Virus record (IMG/VR): IMGVR_UViG_3300035686_000079
Direction: 5' to 3' (one strand)
Source of the DNA: an uncultured virus (IMG/VR IMGVR_UViG_3300035686_000079)
Lineage: Duplodnaviria; Heunggongvirae; Uroviricota; Caudoviricetes
Length of the DNA stretch: 33,177 nucleotides
Part shown: one piece after another, positions 19,294 through 28,028 of the stretch
How positions within the stretch are numbered: position 1 is the stretch's first letter
Layout: each line of letters starts with the position of its first letter
Program-made: the position numbers and the translations under genes
The notes under the pieces: generated by a model
Seen by the model: the letters and a program-made list of their open reading frames with translations, nothing else
Database searches by the model: none
Told to the model about the DNA's origin: nothing

Positions 19294-19362
19294 ACATAAT
19301 TAAATATGTGATATCCACTAATTCTACTAGTCAGTTGAACAACGCTATTTTGGGAAATTTTT
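19294..19362. promoter_or_regulatory. Short AT-rich divergent intergenic region (probable promoters of both effector operons)
   Basis: 69 bp between divergently transcribed genes; no specific -10/-35 pair assigned. Confidence 0.4.
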
Positions 19363-21552
19363 GTGATTGACGAATATGCATTGGCTCAAGCCCAAATCAG
19401 TGGAATCTTTATAGAAGCTGCCCTCAAGGAATATGCGGCAGACTGGCGCGAAGGTTCTGAGAACAAAACCGTCGTGCGAGATAGTGCGACGGGTCAGTTT
19501 GCCAAGAAGGCTACTTCCGTGACGGAGTCAGTCAAAGATGCCGCCACGACTATCCAAGAGGCTATTAAAGACCCTAAGGAAGCTAAGCGTAAAGTCAATA
19601 GCGAACTACTTAAGCTCACAGCCAAGGGGTTGGATAAGTTAGTTGAGAAGAACCCGGAGTTTGCCGACGAACTGCTCAACAAAATGTTCGGCGTTGACGC
19701 CCAGACGGCACGAGACAGGTTGGCAGACAAATACGCCAAGGTTAATCCCGGACTTCCCAACGCCATCAAGCCAGACCCACTTAAGGAAATTGTCAATAGC
19801 ATCAGTGGCTTGCAGGAAGGGCGTGACCCCAAAGAACTTGCCAAGGACATTAAGAGGGCATTTGAATTAGCTGGATTCAAGTACAACAAGCTAATTGACG
19901 ACCTCAACAACGTTGAGAGTGAATCGGAAGGGATTAAAGTTTTAGGTAAAATTGCCGCAGCTTCTATCCCTATTGCTGGCTACCTTGCCGCTACCCTTAC
20001 GCCGGAAATTGCTATTGGGATGCTGGTGGGAGACACATTGGGCACTATCCTCGTCTCTGCTGCTGCCACTCAAGCGGTGAGTTTTGCCGCCAATAAGGCA
20101 ATGGACAAGATGGATGTCAAAAACCCTTGGGTAAGACTAGGTATTGATCTGGCTATTGGCATAGGTGTGGGTAGTGGCGTTAGTGCTGGAGCTAAGCAGC
20201 TTGAGAAAAAAGCTTTACTAAAGGCAGCTAAAGCTAAACAAGCAAAAGAACTTGCAGAAGCCGAAGCTAAGGCTGCCCAAAAACTACAAAGAAGGCAACA
20301 GCGCCTTAACAATATCAAAGATGAAAATGCTAAGCAAACCTTACAAATTGCTGAAGCACATATTACTACCAAAGAAGCAGATCTATATGACAAATTTGTG
20401 TCTATGGGCGTTGACTCTAAGTTACTAGATTCGGTTATAACTAAAACCCAGTCAATCATTGAAGAATCTAAGATTGCCATACGAGTTCCCGACTTAAATG
20501 TTTTTGATTTAATAAAAAACTCTAGGTTTAAAAGTACTTTTGAGACAGCTACTAGAGACAATGTAGATTACATGAGCTGGCGGAATGAAGTAGAAAAATT
20601 AGCCCTTGGAATAACAGAGGAGACTACAGAGGATGCCTCTCGACCGATTTATGGGTATGTAGTAGATGGCAAAGACCATGTAAGTGGAACCTATAAAGGC
20701 GAAGGCAAGGCAACTGATGGATACGGATTAATATCTGTAATCCTAAAAGATGATGTAAAAACATCAGCTTCTTTCAGCGCTACTGATTCATTCCAACGTC
20801 CAAATTCATCGTTAATGGAGAAGTCTGGCTTGGGTGCATTTTTCCAATATGAATCAGAAAATCTAGAGGTGATCAACGAAACACTAGAAAAAATCAGTAA
20901 AGCCGAAACAGTAGAAGATTTGGTTCAACTAGGCTCTATTGGCGTCAAAGACAAAAAACCTAGATATCTAGAGACACAAATATTCGGCAAGGTTAATGGT
21001 TCTGATATTGCCGAAGTCGTCATAAACGATAGGGTCTTTTCAAGAGGAGCCGATCCAGAGCTTGCAAAAAAACTATTTGGCTCGAACTCAGTAGCTGGTT
21101 TTGCAGAAGAATTAGAAAAAGAAGGAATAAAGGTTCACGTTCCTGAAGAAAGTTTAGAACTTAGATACGCCAAATCAAAAGGGGAAACGCCCACTCTAAA
21201 ATCAATGTCTAATATTGAAGATTATGACTATAACAATGGACGCATTGCAATGCAACAAAAACAAGTCCATGAAAACATGAAAATAACAGCAGAAGAAAAA
21301 CGACAGTACAAAACAAATTCTTTCATTTATTCAAGACATGCGATACTAGAAAGCGTAGCTCAAAACCTCAATGTTTTTCGGTATCTTGAACGTATAGATC
21401 AAACAAATATAGTTACAGGAGAGACAACTAGACTTTTCAGTCTAAAACCAGAATTTGACAAGGAAGTCCTTGATGCTATCGTGAAGCACGACCCTAACTT
21501 TTTCTCTGACTTTGAGAAAAGCTGGGGATTACCCATCGACTTAGGCTTATGA
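19363..21552 (+). CDS. Leader-family effector C: conserved N-terminus plus DUF3626-like domain
   Basis: GTG start. C-terminal motifs FKSTFET, RPIYG, YGxxxxxLK, SFSxxDS and YLETQIFG..D match, in order, the DUF3626 pattern as I recall it. Confidence 0.75.
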   Translation: MIDEYALAQAQISGIFIEAALKEYAADWREGSENKTVVRDSATGQFAKKATSVTESVKDAATTIQEAIKDPKEAKRKVNSELLKLTAKGLDKLVEKNPEFADELLNKMFGVDAQTARDRLADKYAKVNPGLPNAIKPDPLKEIVNSISGLQEGRDPKELAKDIKRAFELAGFKYNKLIDDLNNVESESEGIKVLGKIAAASIPIAGYLAATLTPEIAIGMLVGDTLGTILVSAAATQAVSFAANKAMDKMDVKNPWVRLGIDLAIGIGVGSGVSAGAKQLEKKALLKAAKAKQAKELAEAEAKAAQKLQRRQQRLNNIKDENAKQTLQIAEAHITTKEADLYDKFVSMGVDSKLLDSVITKTQSIIEESKIAIRVPDLNVFDLIKNSRFKSTFETATRDNVDYMSWRNEVEKLALGITEETTEDASRPIYGYVVDGKDHVSGTYKGEGKATDGYGLISVILKDDVKTSASFSATDSFQRPNSSLMEKSGLGAFFQYESENLEVINETLEKISKAETVEDLVQLGSIGVKDKKPRYLETQIFGKVNGSDIAEVVINDRVFSRGADPELAKKLFGSNSVAGFAEELEKEGIKVHVPEESLELRYAKSKGETPTLKSMSNIEDYDYNNGRIAMQQKQVHENMKITAEEKRQYKTNSFIYSRHAILESVAQNLNVFRYLERIDQTNIVTGETTRLFSLKPEFDKEVLDAIVKHDPNFFSDFEKSWGLPIDLGL

Positions 21553-21788
21553 AAAACATTAAACAAGAAGAGATAGGCAAAATTAACGGTATCAGAATTT
21601 TTGCTATTGGAGTATCTGAAGAGGCTAATGCAATTGGAAAAAAAGATATTTATGTTAACTGGTCATACGACTTAAACCAAGGAAAACCAAACCCAGACAA
21701 AGCTATTGAACTGAACTCTATTTTGAAAATGACTCAAATACAGTCCATTAAGCTGGATCAGGATATCATAAAACGATTGAGCAACTAG
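21549..21788 (+). CDS. Small protein coupled to effector C; candidate immunity protein
   Basis: 4-bp ATGA overlap, fills the gap to the next gene, AT-rich like the upstream C-terminal domain, and unrelated to the two peptidase-linked small genes. Confidence 0.7.
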   Translation: MKNIKQEEIGKINGIRIFAIGVSEEANAIGKKDIYVNWSYDLNQGKPNPDKAIELNSILKMTQIQSIKLDQDIIKRLSN

Positions 21789-21793
21789 TTCTC

Positions 21794-23725
21794 ATGGTTG
21801 ACGAATACGCCCTAGCTCAAGCCCAAATCAGTGGCATCTTCGTTGAAGCCGCACTCAAGGAGTATGTAGCGGATTGGCGCAAAGGCTCTGAGGACAAAAC
21901 CGTTATGCGAGATTCGGCAACGGGGCAATTTGCTAAAAAGGCAAGCCGATCGCCAACACAAAGCGAAGACACCTCGGAAAATCCTCTTTCAAACGCCCTA
22001 TCTGTCCTCCGTCAGCCAGCCAAAGCAAAAGAACACGCCCTTGCCCTCCTGGATGACGTAAAGAAGGGAGTCGATCGCATCAAAACGGCAAAACCAGAAG
22101 ACTTAGCCAAAGTTGCCAAACAAATCATGAAAGATGGCGTACCAGCTGCCATCTACTTGGCACAAACGTTCGGACCCGATGTAATCATCGGCTTATCGCT
22201 AGGGGAATCCCTCCCCATCATCCTGGGGGGAGCCGCCGTCTACTTAGCCGTCTCCAAGGTAGCCGAGAAGATGCTGGAAGAGTCTGAGTTTGACAACCCG
22301 TGGATAAAAGCAGGAGTCAACCTCGCCGTCTCCTTGGTCACAGCCGATTTAGCCAAAGGGATTTTAACGGCGACCAAGGCAGCCAAGTTTAACGCCCAAG
22401 GAGTTTACAAAATCGTACAGGCTGGCAAGACGGCGGATGACCTAAAGGCAACAGTCAAAACCGTCACTCAGCAAGTCGATAAGATGGCGACTCCAGCCAA
22501 AAATTTGCTCGAACAGCAACGGCGCGATCGATTCCTGCATTCTTTAACTTTAACCGCTGAAACTAGTAAAGATAACACGACAAAAAACTTATTTAAAAAT
22601 TTAGCAGACTATTGTTCGGGTAAACTTAGTAGTCCCAGTGAAAACTTAACCCGCTACGTAGAGAAAGAAATCAGCGGATTGAGGCAGTCTTTAAAGGGGA
22701 CAAGTGTCGATGTCGATGGTTTAGCCGATCGTTTAGCTCAAATGTCAGATTTAACTAACACACCATTGTTGCTTCGCAATCGCCGCATTGATGATGTAAA
22801 AAATATAGTTCAACGAGCAAAAGAGATTCCTCAAGCAGCTAAAGATATCGACGGAATCGCTCACAAAGCAGTTATAAAACAGGTAGATGACCTCCGTAAA
22901 AAATTTGCACAACAGATTAAAAATGGAGTCCCGTATGAGACTATACTGCGAGATCCGGAATTGATTAACTCCTCCCTATTGGTTGATAAAGCCAATGCAA
23001 TTGAATTTGGTAATGAATGGCGATCAATGTTGGTTAACACGGAGATTAAGTACGGCAAACAACTTGATGAATTCCTGGACTCAGTAACGAAGAATCCTAA
23101 AGATATAGGCGATCGTTACGAGGTATTTTTGGGCAACCTTGTTAAAGACAAGCCTCAAAACGTGAAGATAGGTAGAGCAGCGGATTATGACTTCTTAAGG
23201 AACAAGCCATACGGAGTGAAGGATCGGGACAAGTACCTTTATCAGCCGTGGGCTGATAAAGGTACACGGGACATGATTGCAGATGAATGCCAAAAAGCTG
23301 CCGAGCTATTCGGTCGATTATCTCCTGTTCAACTGGATGTGAGAATCGGTTCTCATGGGCCAAGAGCTTACCAGATCGGCAATATCATTAATGTTTCTAC
23401 TGGGGACTTTACTCACACTTGGCATGAGCTTACTCATGTTCTTGAGCGAACAATGGATAAGGGATTTGAGCTTTCTTCTGCATTTCGAGGTGCTAGAACT
23501 ACAGGCAGAGAGCTGAAAGACATGGCACACTTAGGTATGCCTGGAGAAAAAGCCGTTGTTGACAGGTTCCTCAATACTTATACAGGTAAAGTTTACACTG
23601 GAAATTCAACTGAAATTCTTACTACTGCTGCCGAGAAAATGGCAACAGCAGAAGGATTACACCATCTTGCCACGCTAGATCGGGAACAGCTAATGTTTTT
23701 TTTATCAGTCCTCGATCGGGGTTAA
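21794..23725 (+). CDS. Leader-family effector D: leader, divergent hydrophobic block, HExxH zincin-like peptidase
   Basis: First ~50 aa match the family leader. HELTH at 23423-23437, then YTGKVY, TEILT and DREQLMFFLSV. Confidence 0.85.
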   Translation: MVDEYALAQAQISGIFVEAALKEYVADWRKGSEDKTVMRDSATGQFAKKASRSPTQSEDTSENPLSNALSVLRQPAKAKEHALALLDDVKKGVDRIKTAKPEDLAKVAKQIMKDGVPAAIYLAQTFGPDVIIGLSLGESLPIILGGAAVYLAVSKVAEKMLEESEFDNPWIKAGVNLAVSLVTADLAKGILTATKAAKFNAQGVYKIVQAGKTADDLKATVKTVTQQVDKMATPAKNLLEQQRRDRFLHSLTLTAETSKDNTTKNLFKNLADYCSGKLSSPSENLTRYVEKEISGLRQSLKGTSVDVDGLADRLAQMSDLTNTPLLLRNRRIDDVKNIVQRAKEIPQAAKDIDGIAHKAVIKQVDDLRKKFAQQIKNGVPYETILRDPELINSSLLVDKANAIEFGNEWRSMLVNTEIKYGKQLDEFLDSVTKNPKDIGDRYEVFLGNLVKDKPQNVKIGRAADYDFLRNKPYGVKDRDKYLYQPWADKGTRDMIADECQKAAELFGRLSPVQLDVRIGSHGPRAYQIGNIINVSTGDFTHTWHELTHVLERTMDKGFELSSAFRGARTTGRELKDMAHLGMPGEKAVVDRFLNTYTGKVYTGNSTEILTTAAEKMATAEGLHHLATLDREQLMFFLSVLDRG

Positions 23726-23728
23726 GCC

Positions 23729-25921
23729 ATGGACGAATATGCTCTAGCTCAGGCTCAACTAAGTGGACTATTCATTGAAGCTGCACTTAAAGAATATGCA
23801 GCAGATTGGCGTGAGGGTTCCGAAAACAAAACCGTCACGCGAGATTCAGCAACGGGTCAGTTTGCTAAGAAAGCTACTTCCATCACAGAATCAGTCAAAG
23901 ATGCTGCTGCGACCATCCAAGAAGCACTGAAAGACCCCAAAGAAGCCAAGCGTAAAGTCAATAGCGAGTTACTCAAACTCACGGCGAAGGGACTGGATAA
24001 ATTAGTTGAGAAGAACCCGGAGTTTGCCGACGAACTGCTCGATAGGATGTTCGGTGTCGATGCTCAGACGGCACGGGACAAATTAGCGGACAAGTATGGA
24101 GAAATAAATCCGGGATTGCCGAATGCCATCAGACCAGAGCCGCTGGAGGATGCCGTTACTGGCATGGGCGCACTATTAAGAATGAAAGCGAAACTTCGCC
24201 ACCCCAAACAGATAGCCAGCGGACTCAAGAAGGCATTTGAGGTTGCTGGCTACCAGTACAACAAACTAATCGACGCTCTCAACAACATTGAGAGCGAGTC
24301 TGAAGGAATTAAACTACTAGGAAAAATCGCCGCAACGTCCATCCCGATCGCCACCTATCTAGCTGCAACTCTTACGCCAGAGATTGCCATTGGGATGTTA
24401 GTAGGGGATACGTTGGCAACGATTCTTGCTTCTGCTGCGGTTACTCAAGCAGCGAGCTTTGCCGCCAACAAGGCAATGGACAAAATGGATGTCAAAAACC
24501 CAGTATTGCGCTTGGGGATAGACCTGGCTATTGCCATTGGTGTTGGCAGTGGGTTCTCTGTTGCCCCAAAAAAAATTAGAAGCTTGAAATTGTCGAATAC
24601 CAACGTTGCCAAGATTGCACAGGCAGGCAAAACAGCCGATGATTTGAAATCAACAGCTAAGGCTGTCACGCAAGAAGTTGAGAAGATGAAAAATCCAGCC
24701 AAAAGTCTTCTCGAACAACAGCGGCGCGATCGCTTCCTTCACTCTCTGTCTTTGACGGCTGAAAAAACCACAGACAAGGTATCCAAAGGCTTTTTTGCAA
24801 ACCTATCCGATTATTGCGCCCTCAAGCTGAAACCAACTGAGGATTTAACGAGCTACGTCGAGAAGGAGTTGCGCGGCATGAGGACATTACTAAAGGATAC
24901 TGATATTGATGTCGAAGCACTTACCTCTAGGCTTGCTCAAATGTCAGACTTAAGTAATGTTCCCTTATTGCAGCACCAGCACCGCATCAAAGATGTTAAG
25001 AAATTAGTTCAACGAGTCAAGGAAATCCCTCAAGCGGCTAAGAACGCTAGTAGCAACAAAGGCAGCGTACTTAAACAGCAGGCGTCCGACTTATTTAAAG
25101 AAACAGCAAAACGACAGAATGAGGGACTGCCTTTTGAAGAGGCAATGTCTATTAAGAGAAACAATTATACCTTGCTAGACAAAGCACACGCACTGGAACA
25201 AGGCGATCGAGTGCGAACGATGTTATTGAATGCAGAAATCAAGTATGGCAAACAACTAGATGATTTTTTGGGTTCTGTGACTAGCAACACAAAAACAATA
25301 AATAAACGTTACGAGGCTTTCTTGGGAAGTTTAGTCAGGGATAAGCCCAAAAACGTGGCGATATCTAAGGCTACAGATGAAGACTTTATCGATTACTTCA
25401 ACGCAGTAAAGCTAACTGGAGAATGGCGTCGTCCATGGGCGAGTAAAGCAAACAGAGACAAGGTTGTTAGTGAATCTCAAAAAGTAATAGAACTCTTCAG
25501 TCGTTTCTCGCCTGTTGATTTGAATATTAAAATCGGCTCTTACGGAAGCCGAGCGTATGTAGCTGGAACAGGTAGTCAACTGGTTAATCTTGCAGATGGT
25601 AACACACGCACTGTTTGGCATGAACTAACTCATATGGTGGAGGAGTCTATCAAAGGAGGGTTTGAACTATCTTCCGCTTTTCGGGGTATTAGGACTATTC
25701 AGTCGGGACTCGATGATCTGGCTCGATTGGGTATGCCAGGAGAAAAAGTTATTTTTGATTCGTTTATCAATCCTTATGCAGGAAAAGTTTATCCGTCTAA
25801 TTCAAGTGAGATTTTGACAATGGCTGGTGAAAATCTTGCGTCAGCAGAAAGCTTGCATCGGTTTGCTACGCTAGATCGAGAGCATTTAATGTTTTACTTA
25901 TCCGTTATAGATCGTGGCTAG
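23729..25921 (+). CDS. Leader-family effector E: A/C-type N-terminus fused to a D-type peptidase C-terminus
   Basis: Residues 1-277 resemble effectors A and C; from KIAQAGKTADDLK onward it resembles D. HELTH at 25619-25633. Confidence 0.85.
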   Translation: MDEYALAQAQLSGLFIEAALKEYAADWREGSENKTVTRDSATGQFAKKATSITESVKDAAATIQEALKDPKEAKRKVNSELLKLTAKGLDKLVEKNPEFADELLDRMFGVDAQTARDKLADKYGEINPGLPNAIRPEPLEDAVTGMGALLRMKAKLRHPKQIASGLKKAFEVAGYQYNKLIDALNNIESESEGIKLLGKIAATSIPIATYLAATLTPEIAIGMLVGDTLATILASAAVTQAASFAANKAMDKMDVKNPVLRLGIDLAIAIGVGSGFSVAPKKIRSLKLSNTNVAKIAQAGKTADDLKSTAKAVTQEVEKMKNPAKSLLEQQRRDRFLHSLSLTAEKTTDKVSKGFFANLSDYCALKLKPTEDLTSYVEKELRGMRTLLKDTDIDVEALTSRLAQMSDLSNVPLLQHQHRIKDVKKLVQRVKEIPQAAKNASSNKGSVLKQQASDLFKETAKRQNEGLPFEEAMSIKRNNYTLLDKAHALEQGDRVRTMLLNAEIKYGKQLDDFLGSVTSNTKTINKRYEAFLGSLVRDKPKNVAISKATDEDFIDYFNAVKLTGEWRRPWASKANRDKVVSESQKVIELFSRFSPVDLNIKIGSYGSRAYVAGTGSQLVNLADGNTRTVWHELTHMVEESIKGGFELSSAFRGIRTIQSGLDDLARLGMPGEKVIFDSFINPYAGKVYPSNSSEILTMAGENLASAESLHRFATLDREHLMFYLSVIDRG

Positions 25922-26270
25922 TTTCAAGATATTTTTAGGTGAAAGTTTCTGCTGTCAAGTGTCCCTAACTGGGGATATTCGCAAGTCTTCTGATGTTGGC
26001 GCGATCGTCATCCAGGTAGAAAATACGATCGCCTTCGAGCTATTCAAATCCTTGTTTCTCACTTCCCGCTTCCGAGTTGTTGGAGCACCAGTAGAGCGAG
26101 AAAAAGACTGGGGGATGTGTGACTGGGATGATTTGAAAAGCATATTTGATGAATTTCCTTCTCCTTGGTCGTATCAGATCGATGGGAAGGTGAAATCGGA
26201 TGTGTTCGTCTGGGCTGACAACATGAGTACTACACCAAGCATTCTGGATCACCGTTCGATCGAACGGTGA
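25914..26270 (+). CDS. Small protein coupled to the peptidase effector; candidate immunity/inhibitor
   Basis: GTG start overlapping effector E by 8 bp; weak motif similarity to 17324..17710. Confidence 0.7.
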   Translation: MASFKIFLGESFCCQVSLTGDIRKSSDVGAIVIQVENTIAFELFKSLFLTSRFRVVGAPVEREKDWGMCDWDDLKSIFDEFPSPWSYQIDGKVKSDVFVWADNMSTTPSILDHRSIER

Positions 26271-26272
26271 TC
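26247..26272. promoter_or_regulatory. Conserved palindrome, copy 3 (perfect, 26 bp)
   Basis: GATCACCGTTCGATCGAACGGTGATC, overlapping the stop codon of 25914..26270. Confidence 0.75.
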
Positions 26273-26274
26273 AC

Positions 26275-26321
26275 AAAAAAAGCCAGCCACTAATGTCCTG
26301 GCCGGAACATTAGTGGCTGGC
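26275..26321 (-). terminator. Intrinsic terminator for the leftward three-gene operon
   Basis: 15-bp stem GCCAGCCACTAATGT (26282-26296) / ACATTAGTGGCTGGC (26307-26321). A7 on the left gives a U-tract on the minus strand, just past the stop at 26327. Confidence 0.85.
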
Positions 26322-26326
26322 GGGTA

Positions 26327-27049
26327 TTAGGCAGTCTTGACTGCTAGATTTAAGTAGCAATCTTTGATTTTGCGTGTTAGCGTTATGCGCTTAACACCAG
26401 GCTGTCTGTGATTTTCGATTTTGGCGTTGAACTTTTTGTTCAACATATCGATGTGGTTCTGTAGGTCTTCTATGGACCACAGTTTGGGGTTATTGAGTTC
26501 GCTGAGGTCTTGCATAAGACCCTTGTACTCGTTCTTCTCTTCGATGGGCTTGATTTCGACAAGTTCGAGAATTGGTTTTTGTTGTTCTTTGGGTTTCTGA
26601 GTGCTTGTCCATACTTGGAGTACTACCCGGATTGGGTAGGTCAGTACGAACAGTACGTATGTGGCGATTAAGCACCAGCCTAAGAAGGCTGATATCATTA
26701 ACGCACCGAAGTGGCTCGTTACGAGTAGCGCCAGTCTTGCGACTAACAGTACTGGTGTCGTTACTAACCTGAAGGCAGTAACGACGGCTTGGAAGCCTGT
26801 TATCGCGATCGCACCAGCTATTGCTAGTACGGTTGATGCGACTTCTACCACACCTCTCCAGCAGGCTTGAACTGCATTATCGGTGTAGCTTTTCATTTTC
26901 TGGTTTACTTCTGTTACCGACTTAACGGTATCTTCAGCAAGGTCGCTTGCTGAATCTTGGAATTTTCCAGGGTTGCAGCAGGTTGCGATGATGTTTCTGA
27001 TGAACTTAAACATGTGTTTGTGTGTTGTAATGTTGGTTAGTAATTTCAT
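26327..27049 (-). CDS. Membrane protein with C-terminal Rho-N/HeH-like domain
   Basis: Long hydrophobic central region; C-terminus LNNPKLWSIEDLQ...KIKDCY aligns with the neighbouring gene. The start may be the ATG at 27013. Confidence 0.6.
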   Translation of the reverse strand: MKLLTNITTHKHMFKFIRNIIATCCNPGKFQDSASDLAEDTVKSVTEVNQKMKSYTDNAVQACWRGVVEVASTVLAIAGAIAITGFQAVVTAFRLVTTPVLLVARLALLVTSHFGALMISAFLGWCLIATYVLFVLTYPIRVVLQVWTSTQKPKEQQKPILELVEIKPIEEKNEYKGLMQDLSELNNPKLWSIEDLQNHIDMLNKKFNAKIENHRQPGVKRITLTRKIKDCYLNLAVKTA

Positions 27050-27052
27050 CGG

Positions 27053-27075
27053 AGGGGCAGCTTTGAGTTGCCCCT
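27053..27075. terminator. Intergenic stem-loop (attenuator or mRNA-stability hairpin)
   Basis: AGGGGCAGCT-TTG-AGTTGCCCCT; no U-tract in the sense (minus) direction. Confidence 0.4.
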
Positions 27076-27085
27076 GTTTCTTGTC

Positions 27086-27667
27086 TTAGACGACCGCGTA
27101 AAATTCTTTGATGAGCTTCACTATCAGTCGTCTGTTGGTGTTCTTTCGACAGTGACCCTCTATCAGCCTTTGGCTGGAGGGATTGAAACTTAGTTCGATT
27201 GAATTAAGCTCTCGGCAGAACTGTTGTAGCTTTCTCACTGACCAAGCCTTCTTATCATTCAGATTGTCTGGGCAGGGTGGGAATGGCGTTTTGGTAATCA
27301 CCTCTGTATCGAGGGAACGCTGCACTTCCACCGTGATTGGAGTCTCTGATGCAGGAAGCTGGGGTAAGGGTAAGCTTAGTAAGATTTCCTGTTGCCATGT
27401 TCTTCGGGGAGAACAACTGGCTTCATAGTCTTTTTGGATTTGCCGCCAGAGAGCGTCAAATATCTCGTTCTGGCTGTTATCCTGCACTTGAACTGTCTCA
27501 GGTGAGACAATCTCAAGCTTGGGTGCGGGAGCGGCGACAACTTCTGGCTTTTCAGCTAACAGAGCAGCGGCGGCTCTACCGCAGGCTATAGGTATAGTGA
27601 TTAGCACTTTACCTACATTTATTAGCCTCTTAGCGAGGCATTTCAGGCATTTAAGCAATTGCTTCAT
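27086..27667 (-). CDS. Hypothetical protein with C-terminal Rho-N/HeH-like domain
   Basis: C-terminus LNDKKAWSVRKLQQFCRELN...IEGH..RRLIVKLIKEFY; overlaps the upstream gene by 17 bp. Confidence 0.6.
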   Translation of the reverse strand: MKQLLKCLKCLAKRLINVGKVLITIPIACGRAAAALLAEKPEVVAAPAPKLEIVSPETVQVQDNSQNEIFDALWRQIQKDYEASCSPRRTWQQEILLSLPLPQLPASETPITVEVQRSLDTEVITKTPFPPCPDNLNDKKAWSVRKLQQFCRELNSIELSFNPSSQRLIEGHCRKNTNRRLIVKLIKEFYAVV

Positions 27668-28028
27668 TGTTCTCTCCGAATACTAGATTTAGTAGAGTGT
27701 TGAACGCGATCGCAAGGGCTAAGCCCTTGACTAAACAGGTCGCTAGCAGTATCATTAACGCGATTGCACTACTGATACTGATCGTTAGCAAGGTGAGTAG
27801 CTGCGGGTTGAACAGTAGAACGAACCCTAAAAAGAGCAGGTAGTCATCTTGCGACCAGCTGGAAAACCAGCTAAGAACTTCTTTAGCAGCCGCCTCGATG
27901 GGAATCGAGACTTCTTGAATCACTGTCGAAGCGACTTGAGTGACTGACTCTCTCACCGGAGTTATATGGGCGAGGGCAGTACGCAAAGTTGCAGCGACGT
28001 TGTTGAACAAACGCTTAAAGAATTGCAT
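27651..28028 (-). CDS. Small membrane protein, unknown function
   Basis: AAGGA ribosome-binding site upstream, amphipathic N-terminus, strongly hydrophobic C-terminal half. Confidence 0.7.
   Translation of the reverse strand: MQFFKRLFNNVAATLRTALAHITPVRESVTQVASTVIQEVSIPIEAAAKEVLSWFSSWSQDDYLLFLGFVLLFNPQLLTLLTISISSAIALMILLATCLVKGLALAIAFNTLLNLVFGENNEAIA

Noticed and set aside
15909..25621. Mutually similar antisense or alternate-frame ORFs in the effector genes (e.g. 16584..16952 and 19494..19910)
   Set aside because: Their similarity simply reflects the paralogy of the real genes.
15665..25921. Diversity-generating retroelement or shufflon as the source of variation
   Set aside because: There is no reverse transcriptase or invertase in the window, differences between repeats are mostly synonymous rather than adenine-specific, and every paralogue has its own start.
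27651..28028. Holin call for the small membrane protein
   Set aside because: There is no adjacent endolysin or holin-specific motif; hydrophobicity alone is insufficient.
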